A stretch of 63,125 nt of DNA, taken from IMG/VR virus record IMGVR_UViG_3300006114_000002, positions 1 to 63,125 of that record. The stretch is one strand, 5' to 3'. Positions within the stretch are counted from its first letter, which is position 1. Each line of letters starts with the position of its first letter. The position numbers and the translations under genes were made by a program. This document shows, in pieces, positions 26,619-36,413 of this stretch. Origin of the DNA: a virus. Taxonomy: Duplodnaviria > Caudoviricetes. The notes below the pieces were generated by a model that was given only the letters and a program-made list of their open reading frames with translations, had not been told where the DNA came from and did not search any database.

Positions 26619-28567
26619 TAGTGGATCTCGTAAGTTACGCCGCTCTTGGTTTTTCTTTGACCGCCCTTGGATTCTTCTTTGTACCACTCAGGGTGCAAAG
26701 ATTTTAGACGATCGTCGTGTGCTTTGTAGGCATCCTTCGCAAATTGAGATTTTTCAAAATCTCGATACTTTGCGACTTTGCCCTGCGCCTTTAAATCTTT
26801 TTGATACTGATCCCACCCGTCGTACAGTTGTTTGTCAAGCGTACTCCTGGAGGACATCAATCGAGCATACTCGATGTTTACTTTCGGTGAGTTTTCATCC
26901 CCGAGACCCTTCGCTTTCTCAGCATATTTACTCTCAGCATCAGACACTGCACCGGTACCCTTGTATACATCCTTGCGGTACTTGAGTGCAAGATCTGCGG
27001 CTAAAGACAGTAACCGTTTTCTGTTTTCGTAGGCCTGGTCGCCTATCATGTTTTTAATGACCGTCTCTTTGCCGAATGGTAATATTTTTTGATTCTCAGC
27101 AACATCCAGTATGGTCCCCTTCAGTCCCGGCATTGCATCAAATCCGATAGCTGTAGGGGTTTCCTTAATTAGGTTTTCAAAAGTGTTTAGATTGTTTTCC
27201 GTGTCTAAGTGTCCCTGGGCACTTGACGTCAAAGCATCTAGACGTTTTTGTGCGTTCTCCTCTTCTTTTTTCTGAGCCTCTGTATCTAGAGTTGTTTGGG
27301 ACTCAATCGTACTCTCAGCCAGTTTTTTGGCTGCAGCGGCCCTGATTTCCAGATCCTCTTTTGATCCAGGTGCAAACCCGGTTGATGCTGGGGGTGCATT
27401 TTTTGTAGAGCCTACCTGGAAACCCGTACCCTCAATGTGTGCATGGGGGCCTGTGCTGTTACCTGCCCCAGGTGCGCCCTTGGAACCACCCGTCATGCCA
27501 ATAACAGTACCCGGCTGTACCTTCGTACCATTTGGTACAGCATACTGATCCAGGTGAGCAACTCGACCGATAATTTTACCATTATCGTCGATAATATCGG
27601 CAGCATTCCCGTAGCCTGCCGGGTCTGTCTGGTAATAACGAATAGTGCCGCCCGTCGTGGTAGTCACTGGGGTACCCACTGGTGATGCAACATCCGTAGC
27701 ATTAGGGTGTTGCGCCGAGGGGCCTCTTGATATTGGGTACGTCCCTGTGTTTGCGGGGGGAGCGACTGGGGTCGCTACTGGTGCACCGGTTAAGGGCTGA
27801 GTTGCTGCAGGGGCTCCAGTATATTTACCTGTCGTATCAAAAGGAGTCTGTTGCCCCGTGCCACCAGAACCACGGACATCATGCGGTACAAGAGCACCTG
27901 ATCCGATAACATCAATCAGTGCGGCACGCTTTACCATATCGTCTGAGTATCCAATACTCCCCAAATAGTCGACTCGTTTTTGGACATCTGAAGGCTCGGC
28001 CATCTTAGCAAGGTGAGCATTTAGTGCCGTCATGGCCTTGGTTGGATCCTGCAGGTATGTTGCCCCAATAGCCTGGCGAAGTGCAGGATCCCTGACTAGC
28101 CCCAAAAGACCTCCGGATGCCTGATTAGCCTGTGCTACGCCGGGACCATTTACTGCACCCGGCTGTCCCTCCGCCTGAGTACCTTGCGCAGGTTGTCCCG
28201 CCGCCTGAGTTCCTTGCGCAGGCTGCCCAAAGAAAGCGTTACGGTTGGCGATGGCAGCCTTCTGGGCAGCAATCTGAGTCTGCATGTCAAATAATTCTTT
28301 CGCCTGCTTGTCTTTCTCTGTGGCTCTTAATGCTAATGCCTCTGCGGGGCCTTGCATGCCGCCCGATGTCCATGCGGCTGCATCCTTCAACCCCTCCATG
28401 ATCGAGCCAAGGAAGCCCTGATTCTGGGCCTGCTTCTGCTGATACAGGCGCTCCATATTGGCAAGCACGGACTCATTGGCGACTACCGCCTTTGCGCCCT
28501 TACCGCCGAGGCTTACCGACTCATCCGATGTATCAGTCGCTGGTGTTACGTTATCTAATCCGGCCAT
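26618..28567 (-). CDS. Ejection protein with M23 peptidase domain
   Basis: HxxxD, GYGN, AHL, G..IG.TG, GNSTGPHAHIE. Confidence 0.75.
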   Translation of the reverse strand: MAGLDNVTPATDTSDESVSLGGKGAKAVVANESVLANMERLYQQKQAQNQGFLGSIMEGLKDAAAWTSGGMQGPAEALALRATEKDKQAKELFDMQTQIAAQKAAIANRNAFFGQPAQGTQAAGQPAQGTQAEGQPGAVNGPGVAQANQASGGLLGLVRDPALRQAIGATYLQDPTKAMTALNAHLAKMAEPSDVQKRVDYLGSIGYSDDMVKRAALIDVIGSGALVPHDVRGSGGTGQQTPFDTTGKYTGAPAATQPLTGAPVATPVAPPANTGTYPISRGPSAQHPNATDVASPVGTPVTTTTGGTIRYYQTDPAGYGNAADIIDDNGKIIGRVAHLDQYAVPNGTKVQPGTVIGMTGGSKGAPGAGNSTGPHAHIEGTGFQVGSTKNAPPASTGFAPGSKEDLEIRAAAAKKLAESTIESQTTLDTEAQKKEEENAQKRLDALTSSAQGHLDTENNLNTFENLIKETPTAIGFDAMPGLKGTILDVAENQKILPFGKETVIKNMIGDQAYENRKRLLSLAADLALKYRKDVYKGTGAVSDAESKYAEKAKGLGDENSPKVNIEYARLMSSRSTLDKQLYDGWDQYQKDLKAQGKVAKYRDFEKSQFAKDAYKAHDDRLKSLHPEWYKEESKGGQRKTKSGVTYEIH

Positions 28568-28577
28568 GTTTTATTCC

Positions 28578-29549
28578 TTAACCACCATTTATAGGATTGC
28601 CAAACGCATCTGTAAGACCGGAATACGAGTACGACGAACCATCTGGGGAGGTGCCAGATACAGATGATTGACTTGTATCTACGGATGAATTAGCAGCTTG
28701 ATTGGCGGCTGTCTGGGAGGCGTCCTCGGGAACAGATGTAGTTGCCCCGGGTACCCCTGGACTACTAGCGCCCGATACCAATCCAGACAAACCACTTTTT
28801 ACACCAAGCGTTTTCAGTAAAGAATCTAACCCATTTGTCCCTCCAGTAACCAACGAACCCAGGGCACCTAATTGAGCGATTGGGCTCGGTGTACCTACAG
28901 TCGCAGCCACCGTACCAGGCTTGACAGCATTCAGGACGTTAGCCTGACCCTGCAGCCCCATCGATGGAGCCTGCATCTGGAATGTTCCGGTGTTGAGTGC
29001 AGAGTTTACCTCCTGCAATCCTGTTGATCCCAGACCGGTACCCGCCTGTACTCCAGTCTGTTGATTCTGGAGTGCCGAAGTATCCTGCTGCTGAGTCAGG
29101 TTGGCGAGTGCATCCGCCTTGGCCTTGTCGACTGCCGTCTCGCCACGCAGACTGCCAAAGTTACCTGATCCAATGTTGGCGGCCTCTGGCGTCGCAGTGA
29201 TGTTGGGCATGATCTGGTTAAGGTAGCCAGTCTGGGCATTGAATAGGCCGCCCATGGCCGTGTTGGGGTTGCCGACAACCTGTGGATTGCCGTTTGCATC
29301 CGTCGTAGTCATCCACGGGTTTACTGCACCCGAGCCGATCGAGCTCAGGATGCCCTGCCCCGTCGTGAATGCGTTGTTGTTGCCGGGGGTGAACATGTTG
29401 ACTGCGGCCTGCCCCGCCGTCTGATTAGGTGCGGGTGCGTTTGCGGTGACGGCCTGCCCAGCCAGGTTTTGCTGCGCAGCGTCGTACCACGACGGTAGTG
29501 TGGTTGTTACTGTCGACGATGTCGATGTTAAGTCTGATAATCCGGCCAT
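28578..29549 (-). CDS. Gly/Ala/Gln-rich ejection (pilot) protein
   Basis: Composition, LPSWY and FGSLRG motifs, position after tail genes. Confidence 0.6.
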   Translation of the reverse strand: MAGLSDLTSTSSTVTTTLPSWYDAAQQNLAGQAVTANAPAPNQTAGQAAVNMFTPGNNNAFTTGQGILSSIGSGAVNPWMTTTDANGNPQVVGNPNTAMGGLFNAQTGYLNQIMPNITATPEAANIGSGNFGSLRGETAVDKAKADALANLTQQQDTSALQNQQTGVQAGTGLGSTGLQEVNSALNTGTFQMQAPSMGLQGQANVLNAVKPGTVAATVGTPSPIAQLGALGSLVTGGTNGLDSLLKTLGVKSGLSGLVSGASSPGVPGATTSVPEDASQTAANQAANSSVDTSQSSVSGTSPDGSSYSYSGLTDAFGNPINGG

Positions 29550-30118
29550 TATGCCCTCGTTTCAAATGTATTGCTTTTACGCAAATTTTCTATTGCTGTT
29601 AATATTTGTAAGTTTCCAGGAACATGTAGCCCACAAACATTTTTTCCTCTTAACGGAACAATATGGTCTACGTGATACCATTCCCCCAGCAATTTACTTA
29701 ATTCTTGCGCCTCAATATAAAAAGATTCTATGTCTTTTAAATCTACCCAAGAAGGAGTTGCTTGTAATTTATCCGCTTTATATTTTGCCTTAAGAGCGTT
29801 TCGTTTTCCAGGATTATTTTTTCGCCACTCTCTAGATGCTAATTTTTTTAATTCTCTTTCTTTTTCAATATTTTCTTGATAATACTGTTTTCTTTTTTGT
29901 TTTAATTTTTCAGCATTTTTAACGTATTTTTCTTTAGTTTTTATTTTAGTTTGTTTTGGGTTTTTGTGGTATCGTATTTTTGCATTTATTTTAACGCATT
30001 CAATACAGGACCCGGTTAAAGCATGCCGCTCCGACAAATGCCCACGTTTGCAAGGTTTTTCTGAAAAATAAGTTTTTGACCCATTTTGAATCGCATCATA
30101 CCTAGCCCCACGATCCAT
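29549..30118 (-). CDS. HNH homing endonuclease
   Basis: CKRGH..CIEC; ATPSW..YHVDHIVPLRGKNVCGLHVPGNLQ..N..KSN; AT-rich insertion. Confidence 0.88.
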   Translation of the reverse strand: MDRGARYDAIQNGSKTYFSEKPCKRGHLSERHALTGSCIECVKINAKIRYHKNPKQTKIKTKEKYVKNAEKLKQKRKQYYQENIEKERELKKLASREWRKNNPGKRNALKAKYKADKLQATPSWVDLKDIESFYIEAQELSKLLGEWYHVDHIVPLRGKNVCGLHVPGNLQILTAIENLRKSNTFETRA

Positions 30119-32098
30119 TTATATATTTGCCTTTTTGTAAGCCATTTTTAAATATTCTAGGGGTCCTAATGAATCGGGAGGCAATTCATCCACTGGATTA
30201 GAGCGCTTATGTTGTCTAATAACTTCAAGAAATTTATCTAAAACTTTAGACCCCGCTTCATTATCCCCATTTCCTATATCGGAAACAATTTGTGCGGGCA
30301 ACACAAATTCGCCCGTAGCAAGCATGGCCGGAACACTGTCGCTTGTCCCGTCTCCGCCACCCTTGGCGTATAAGTGCTTGAGGCCTCCCGTCGAGTAAAA
30401 CTCTGGCTCATGCTCATAGGTTGGCTCATCGTGCTCCTCAGAAAGCATGCCGGGCTGCCCACCACTTGCGGCGTATACCGGGTTGAATACTTCCTGAGAG
30501 AATAAATTTGATAGCATAGATGGTGTCAATGGTTGTGAATCGGCCGATGGCTGTGACGGGTTTGCAAACTCCCAGGGCTGTGACTGTTTGACTATATCGC
30601 CACCGAAGGTGCTCGCAACGGGGGCCGGCGGTGCATTACTTGTCGACGGGGATGCCGCAGCAGTAGTCGAGGCTGCGGGCGTTGTCGTCGATGTAGACGT
30701 CGGCACTTTGGGTATTGAAGGTATTTTCGGTGTGCTTGGCGTCGTTGTATCTGTCGGAGGTGTCGTTGTATCAGTTGGTGTCGTTGGGGGAGCAGGCTCT
30801 GTAGGTGTTGGTTCTGTAGGTGTGGGCTCTGTAGGTGTGGGCTCTGTAGGTGTAGGTGCCGTAGGTACGGGTTCCGAGGGTATTACAGGCGTCTCTGTCG
30901 GTGCTGGTACATCGATAGGGCTGTTATAGGGCCCCATTAACTGGTTTGCCCCAGTCTCTGTCAAATTACCCGCAGAGTCCATTAAACCATTAGCTACGGC
31001 ATCCGCAGTTGACATACCAAGTGATGCTGCTGTGGCTGCGGCAGAGCCTGCGGCAGCGCCTGCAAGCGATCCCGCACCCGCAGTAGTACTACCGGCAAGC
31101 GATCCCGCACCCGCAGTAGTACTACCGGCAAGGGATCCCACTCCAGCACCCGTCCCTGCAGCGCCTCCAACAGCAGTTGGGACTGCACCATCCATAGTGC
31201 CGTATAGCGTGATCTTCATATTTGAAGTATCTACAGGCACTGTTTGATCAGGGAATGTAACAGAAGATGTTTCCCCGGGTAAAGCATTCGATGCTACTTG
31301 TGTACCTTGACTAATATCGTAGCCAGGATTATTAGTCAAATTTGATACTAACTGATTATAAATACCATTTGCGCTAGTCGTGCCTATATCGGCCGTTGTA
31401 CCGCCAGCCAATGCAGACGTATCAAATGCTCCGGGCGTCATGCCTAGCGCATCAACCATTGTCGGCGCAGTTAGCGCATCCAGCCCCGCAGCACCACCAA
31501 GAGCGGATGCCACAAACCCAACACCCTTCAAGGCATCCAAAAGGCCCGTATTGTAGTCAGTCTGTGGGATAGCTAAAGCAGTTGTATACCCCTGAGGCAA
31601 AGAACTTGTCGGGTTCCACTGAAACTGATTGGATGCGTATGATGTTGGTGTGCCTCCCTGATCCTGTTGAGTCACTCCATAAGAGGCAACAACTTTACCC
31701 GTGCTTGGATCAATAAAAGATGTCGGGACGCCTTCATAAGTCGTCCCACCTGGAACGTATCCTTGGCTCTGATAGTACTGGGCCCCAGCAGAAAAGCTAT
31801 TTGGATCCCCCGCCACGTTGGAGAAGGGCGTCCCGCTCGCAGATGCTGCCGTCGCCGTGTCCCTCAACACGTTCGCCACTGTGGCGTTTGGATCACCCTG
31901 GTAGGCGTTTACGGTCTGGTTGATCCAGTCCTGTGTAGGGGCCTGGCCAGTAAGCTGCTGGTAGGCTGCTGCGACATTGCCCGGAGTGATTGACGTATTT
32001 GCCGTCTGCATGACGCTCGGATCGGTCGACACTGCGCCGGTATCACTATCGTAGTAATACCCGCCACCACTTCCGTCGTCTATGAAACTCCAGGCCAT
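30119..32098 (-). CDS. Virion protein with PT/PTE repeats and C-terminal GDGTSDSVPAMLATGEFV domain
   Basis: Low-complexity repeats; C-terminal motif. Confidence 0.7.
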   Translation of the reverse strand: MAWSFIDDGSGGGYYYDSDTGAVSTDPSVMQTANTSITPGNVAAAYQQLTGQAPTQDWINQTVNAYQGDPNATVANVLRDTATAASASGTPFSNVAGDPNSFSAGAQYYQSQGYVPGGTTYEGVPTSFIDPSTGKVVASYGVTQQDQGGTPTSYASNQFQWNPTSSLPQGYTTALAIPQTDYNTGLLDALKGVGFVASALGGAAGLDALTAPTMVDALGMTPGAFDTSALAGGTTADIGTTSANGIYNQLVSNLTNNPGYDISQGTQVASNALPGETSSVTFPDQTVPVDTSNMKITLYGTMDGAVPTAVGGAAGTGAGVGSLAGSTTAGAGSLAGSTTAGAGSLAGAAAGSAAATAASLGMSTADAVANGLMDSAGNLTETGANQLMGPYNSPIDVPAPTETPVIPSEPVPTAPTPTEPTPTEPTPTEPTPTEPAPPTTPTDTTTPPTDTTTPSTPKIPSIPKVPTSTSTTTPAASTTAAASPSTSNAPPAPVASTFGGDIVKQSQPWEFANPSQPSADSQPLTPSMLSNLFSQEVFNPVYAASGGQPGMLSEEHDEPTYEHEPEFYSTGGLKHLYAKGGGDGTSDSVPAMLATGEFVLPAQIVSDIGNGDNEAGSKVLDKFLEVIRQHKRSNPVDELPPDSLGPLEYLKMAYKKANI

Positions 32099-32126
32099 GT
32101 GCTCTTCTTTACGTTGTTATTGCATC

Positions 32127-32163
32127 TATATCTACTAATGCAAAAATTGTGGTTAAATTGCCC
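32127..32163 (-). promoter_or_regulatory. Late promoter (bipartite)
   Basis: GGGC-N15-TTTGCATTAGTAG-ATAT-A. Confidence 0.8.
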
Positions 32164-32414
32164 TAGATTGTCGGTCCATTTACGGCGACAATCAGCTCAC
32201 GGACCCACTCCTGCCAGTGATCAAACTCGCCGGGCCCCGGGATTGCAAAGTTGACAAACGTAGGCAAATTGATAAGACAAAATGCCACCTCACGCCAGTC
32301 ATCCTCCTTGACTACAGGGATAGGCTCCTCGCCGTAGTAGTGCAGCAGGTCACCATTCCAGTCGTCCCAGGTGGCAAACTGGGGCAGCATGACAATACTC
32401 TGCCGGATTGTCAT
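32163..32414 (-). CDS. Hypothetical protein
   Basis: TGATG coupling to upstream tail gene. Confidence 0.65.
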   Translation of the reverse strand: MTIRQSIVMLPQFATWDDWNGDLLHYYGEEPIPVVKEDDWREVAFCLINLPTFVNFAIPGPGEFDHWQEWVRELIVAVNGPTI

Positions 32415-34519
32415 CAGGGCCTCTGGTCGCCGTACTCTACCGTGACGAGGTTTCTACCCATCTGGTAGTTGCCCCCGACCTCGTTGGACTCAAACTGGAG
32501 CCGCATCTCACGGTACTCGAGGCGTGTATCTATCTTGCCATCACTGGGTCCAAACGTGTATGGCCCCATAATCTCCTCATCGCCCCTGGCAAACTTGCGC
32601 CCAAGTACATACATGTTCATGTTGCCCGACTGCTCGAAGTCTGGCTCTACACGAGTCAGGTGCATGCGAAGGTTTACGCCCGGTGAGGCATCCTGAGACG
32701 GGTTTCCTCCGACCCAACTAATGTCGCAGGTTGTGAAGTAGGATGGTATCGCCTCAGTGGTTGTATCCGTAACCTTGTCGGTGCCAATCTCATGCTGCCA
32801 GACGCCGTACCCGGAGTTGTTGAAGTAGACCAACTTTCCTGCAGCGATGATTGTAGGAAAGCTCGTGGTTATCGTCACCAGCGTCACGCCGCCCAAAGAC
32901 TCGGTACTTGTATTGTAGATGAAAGAGCTTGATGCGACGACGTACGACGTTGCGCCTGTGATATTGCTCAGTGAGATCTCTGCACCCGGGTAGAATGTAG
33001 TCGTCTGATTACCGGCCAGATATACCTGACTGATTGTGGCGGGCGTCTGACCAGTAGGAGTAGCTAGTACAGTATAGGCCCTGCTAAATATTGCTGTGTA
33101 GTCCCAGCCGCACCACACTGGTGACGGCAAGAGCTCCGTCGTGTATCCGCAAGACCTGCGTGCTCCCTCTGCGCTGCCTGCATCGTACCAGAGGTCGTCC
33201 TTGGTGTTGTAGATAATTGCATCGCTGCACTCGGTATTGGTGCCACGTGGATAGAAGAACCAGATCTCATTGTAGCGGGGGACTTTTGTCGCCCAAACTT
33301 TTTGACGCTGCTGGTAGTTGATGTTGTTAAATAGCCAGTCGACGTTCTTGTCGTTTGCGAGTAATTTGACCGCACCATTGTAGGCGTAAAAGCGATCGAC
33401 CCCCATCCAGTAGTATATGCCATCCATCTCGACGACTGAGTTGGATGACATGATTGAGATCTGGCTGGAAAGAATATCGTACCTCCAGGGGAGTGTTGCG
33501 TCCGCCGTAAAGGATGCACGTATTAGGCTATCAGTCGCCCAAAACAGGCCCGATGGTGAGTTGGTACCGCCACGGACAGAGACGCCCTTGACGATCTTAC
33601 TAGAGGCCATGTTGACCTGGTTTGCCAGGGGCCCATTCCAATCGTACAGGGTCTGCTGACCGTATGTTGTGCTGACGTTGTTGTTAGATATAAACCCATT
33701 CGATCCGTATACAAACACGAATGGATATATGACGCACACGCCGCCATCGACTGATACTGGTTTGTAAGTGGGGTTCTGTCCGCCGGTATCGGCGAGTCCG
33801 TAAAAGCTCCACGACTGATTCGATCCCGGCAGCACGTTACCGACCAGTACCTGGGTCTGGATACCACTATCGATGTTGCCCAAATTTTGACCCGGGTGAG
33901 CCAGGACCTGAAGATTTCCACCCAGTGGGCTGTACTGCAGGTCAAACTGCCACAGGTTGTTGGAGTTTGCCGAGAATGATGTATTGGCTACCCATACGGT
34001 TGTAGGCGATCCAGATACGGCTGGGCTGAAGTTTACGACCGTGTTGGGGCTTGAGTATGTCGAGGTTGATACTGTGTACACCGTGGCACCAGGAGTCTGA
34101 CTGAATACGATCTGGGTCCCGGCAGGGTATAGGCTCGTCAGGTTTGTCGTGCCGCTGTTGATAGTTATCGAGGTCGTAGTATTTGATGTGATAGTCTGCT
34201 GAGAGTAGCCTGTATAGATGGTGGCCGTGTAGGGGCCGCTACCGATGCCAAGGTTGGTGCTCGATGTAAAGACGTTTATACCGTTCTGGTTCCCGATGAA
34301 CATGTAGTTAACGCCGTTGTACGGGTTTACAATCATGCCCCTCGGGATACCGCTAGGCGTACGGAACATCTGCTGATACCCGCCCATCTTTTTGGGTATA
34401 CCACGCTGAAACCTACACCAGAGCCCATCACTATACTCACGGGACTCGAATGTGGTGCCGTCTCGCTTGATACCTGCATTGGTACCAAGCGTGTATACCA
34501 TAGGCTGCTGATCAGCCAT
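32414..34519 (-). CDS. Tail tubular/nozzle (P22 gp10-like stabilisation) protein
   Basis: GI.RDGT, RFQRG.PKKMGG, YWMG.DRFY.Y.G, YNEIWFFYP; beta-rich. Confidence 0.65.
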   Translation of the reverse strand: MADQQPMVYTLGTNAGIKRDGTTFESREYSDGLWCRFQRGIPKKMGGYQQMFRTPSGIPRGMIVNPYNGVNYMFIGNQNGINVFTSSTNLGIGSGPYTATIYTGYSQQTITSNTTTSITINSGTTNLTSLYPAGTQIVFSQTPGATVYTVSTSTYSSPNTVVNFSPAVSGSPTTVWVANTSFSANSNNLWQFDLQYSPLGGNLQVLAHPGQNLGNIDSGIQTQVLVGNVLPGSNQSWSFYGLADTGGQNPTYKPVSVDGGVCVIYPFVFVYGSNGFISNNNVSTTYGQQTLYDWNGPLANQVNMASSKIVKGVSVRGGTNSPSGLFWATDSLIRASFTADATLPWRYDILSSQISIMSSNSVVEMDGIYYWMGVDRFYAYNGAVKLLANDKNVDWLFNNINYQQRQKVWATKVPRYNEIWFFYPRGTNTECSDAIIYNTKDDLWYDAGSAEGARRSCGYTTELLPSPVWCGWDYTAIFSRAYTVLATPTGQTPATISQVYLAGNQTTTFYPGAEISLSNITGATSYVVASSSFIYNTSTESLGGVTLVTITTSFPTIIAAGKLVYFNNSGYGVWQHEIGTDKVTDTTTEAIPSYFTTCDISWVGGNPSQDASPGVNLRMHLTRVEPDFEQSGNMNMYVLGRKFARGDEEIMGPYTFGPSDGKIDTRLEYREMRLQFESNEVGGNYQMGRNLVTVEYGDQRP

Positions 34520-35788
34520 TTAAAACGTCCCGCCAGAGATTAAGGTTGCAGTCAAGAGACCCGTCACGTCAACGTGTGGCGATGACGGGTTACTGTTGTC
34601 GACGGCAATCATCTGAGTACCGTTTGCTGCCAATCCAAGGACCGCTGTTGATTTTAGATACAGACCGGTAGTCGTGTCGTTCAGGAATGAGAACGATGGG
34701 GCCGATGCCGTACCATTCGCTGCAAAGAATGTCGATGCACCCACCGAAGTAAGTATGTAGACGTTCAATCCGTCTGTCAAAATTAACGATACGGTGTTTG
34801 TCGGGAATGGTACAGGAGTCTGCGAACTGCCACTGACCTGGAACGATACGTTGTAGCCAGAGTGCCCCGTGTTGTTGTTGATCACATACAGCTGTGTAAT
34901 AGTAGGCAGCGTGACCACCAAAGTCTGCGTACGTGTACCGGAGAGTGCGACGTAGGACTGAATGTTTGGCGCATTACTGACGAGGCTCAGAGAGTTGCCT
35001 GCAATACTGTCCACGTCGTACGTGCTGGACGTCAACGTGACTGCGTTCTGGTTTGTCAGACCGACGGTAAAAAAGTTGCCGGTGGTTTTCTCAAACGCAA
35101 TAATCGCAGAGTCGCCGGGGTTAAATACTTGGCTGGTATTGCCGTTGATTGTTGATGTACCCTGGGGCGTAACTGTCAGGGCACCGGTACCGCTGTTGCG
35201 CAGCATGAGGTACCAGCCAAGATTGATGTTGGCCGATGTAGGCATCGTGAATGGACTCGCACCACCCGTCCAGACGTACGTCGTGCCACGGTCAGTCTCG
35301 TTCAGCGTAGGATTGGTAAAGGCCTCTACGACGACGTTTGAAGTGACTAACTTACCCAGCAAGGCAGATAGTCCGGCACCCGCCAAGGATGCAGCATCTG
35401 CGGAGGATGTCCCGGTACCGTACGTGAAGTTGCTCCACGTACCCGCATCGGTCGTGTTTGATGTCAGGTAGAAGTATCGTGCCTGACCCGCTGCAACCGT
35501 GGCAGACTCAAACCCTGCGCTATCAGTGACTGTAAAGGAGTTGCTGCCGACGTTGCGGATCAGGATATCCGTACCAACGGAGCCCTGACTTCCAGGGGGT
35601 AGTATGATTGTCAAACCGGTAGCAGTAGCGGTGCACTCCATAATCCTCGCAGCAGCGATCTGCGAAGAGTTTGGCGGCACGTATGCTGGCCATGCCAGAG
35701 TGACATTGGAACCGAACGATATTGGTGTATAGCTTACGTCTGTCGGCTCGACAATGTCGCCGGTAAACGGTGATGTGAATGTCGTCAT
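34520..35788 (-). CDS. Tail structural protein
   Basis: S/T/G-rich; GTASAPSFSF.NDTTTG motif. Confidence 0.65.
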   Translation of the reverse strand: MTTFTSPFTGDIVEPTDVSYTPISFGSNVTLAWPAYVPPNSSQIAAARIMECTATATGLTIILPPGSQGSVGTDILIRNVGSNSFTVTDSAGFESATVAAGQARYFYLTSNTTDAGTWSNFTYGTGTSSADAASLAGAGLSALLGKLVTSNVVVEAFTNPTLNETDRGTTYVWTGGASPFTMPTSANINLGWYLMLRNSGTGALTVTPQGTSTINGNTSQVFNPGDSAIIAFEKTTGNFFTVGLTNQNAVTLTSSTYDVDSIAGNSLSLVSNAPNIQSYVALSGTRTQTLVVTLPTITQLYVINNNTGHSGYNVSFQVSGSSQTPVPFPTNTVSLILTDGLNVYILTSVGASTFFAANGTASAPSFSFLNDTTTGLYLKSTAVLGLAANGTQMIAVDNSNPSSPHVDVTGLLTATLISGGTF

Positions 35789-36412
35789 TTATGGCTCTTG
35801 GATGGTTGTATTTCGGTCTATGTTGCGGCTGTTGTTCTCCGCCTTGAGGGCAGCCATCGACGTATCGTAGTACGATTTCCAGACTGCAATCTTGTCCAAA
35901 GATTTCAGGTACCCCTGCGCCTGTAACAGGGTCCCATACAAGAGTGCCTGTGGAGCCTCTCTCGTGATTAGGTTCTCCTGGTTGTCTGAGCTCAGTGGCT
36001 GTATCAGGCTGTAGTAAGTAATCTGGACAGGATACGCTTGATCAGGTACTGGGGCCAGGGACCAGTTATTGTAGTCGTAATCTGCGTAGTAGAGAGGCTG
36101 ACCAGAGGATACCTCGTACTGAAACTGCCGGACATAATCCTGGCTGCGTTTTACGATCGGCTCACCATTGACGCTCATCGATACCGTCTTCCTCCATCGT
36201 GCAGGCTTTTGAAGTACGGCACCCTGAGATCCAGATACTAGCGTCGTGTTGACGACAGTCAACTGCAGCAGCGTCTTGACCTGGGCAGCAATCTCCTGCT
36301 CGGCCAAATAAATCAGGCTGGGTATCTGTGCAATGAATTGTGCATCGTCACGCTCACTGTAGTTGATCACGTCAGCCACAAGTGAGTCGTATGTTTGGAC
36401 TGGTACGCTCAT
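35789..36412 (-). CDS. Head-tail adaptor-like protein
   Basis: TY..L...V..Y.ER.D..IP.LI.LAE; APVPD.AY; P.ALLYG.L. Confidence 0.6.
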   Translation of the reverse strand: MSVPVQTYDSLVADVINYSERDDAQFIAQIPSLIYLAEQEIAAQVKTLLQLTVVNTTLVSGSQGAVLQKPARWRKTVSMSVNGEPIVKRSQDYVRQFQYEVSSGQPLYYADYDYNNWSLAPVPDQAYPVQITYYSLIQPLSSDNQENLITREAPQALLYGTLLQAQGYLKSLDKIAVWKSYYDTSMAALKAENNSRNIDRNTTIQEP

Positions 36413-36413
36413 G

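Noticed and set aside
29549-30118. Group I intron around the HNH genes
   Set aside because: Flanking genes are complete and abut the HNH; no room for a ribozyme core
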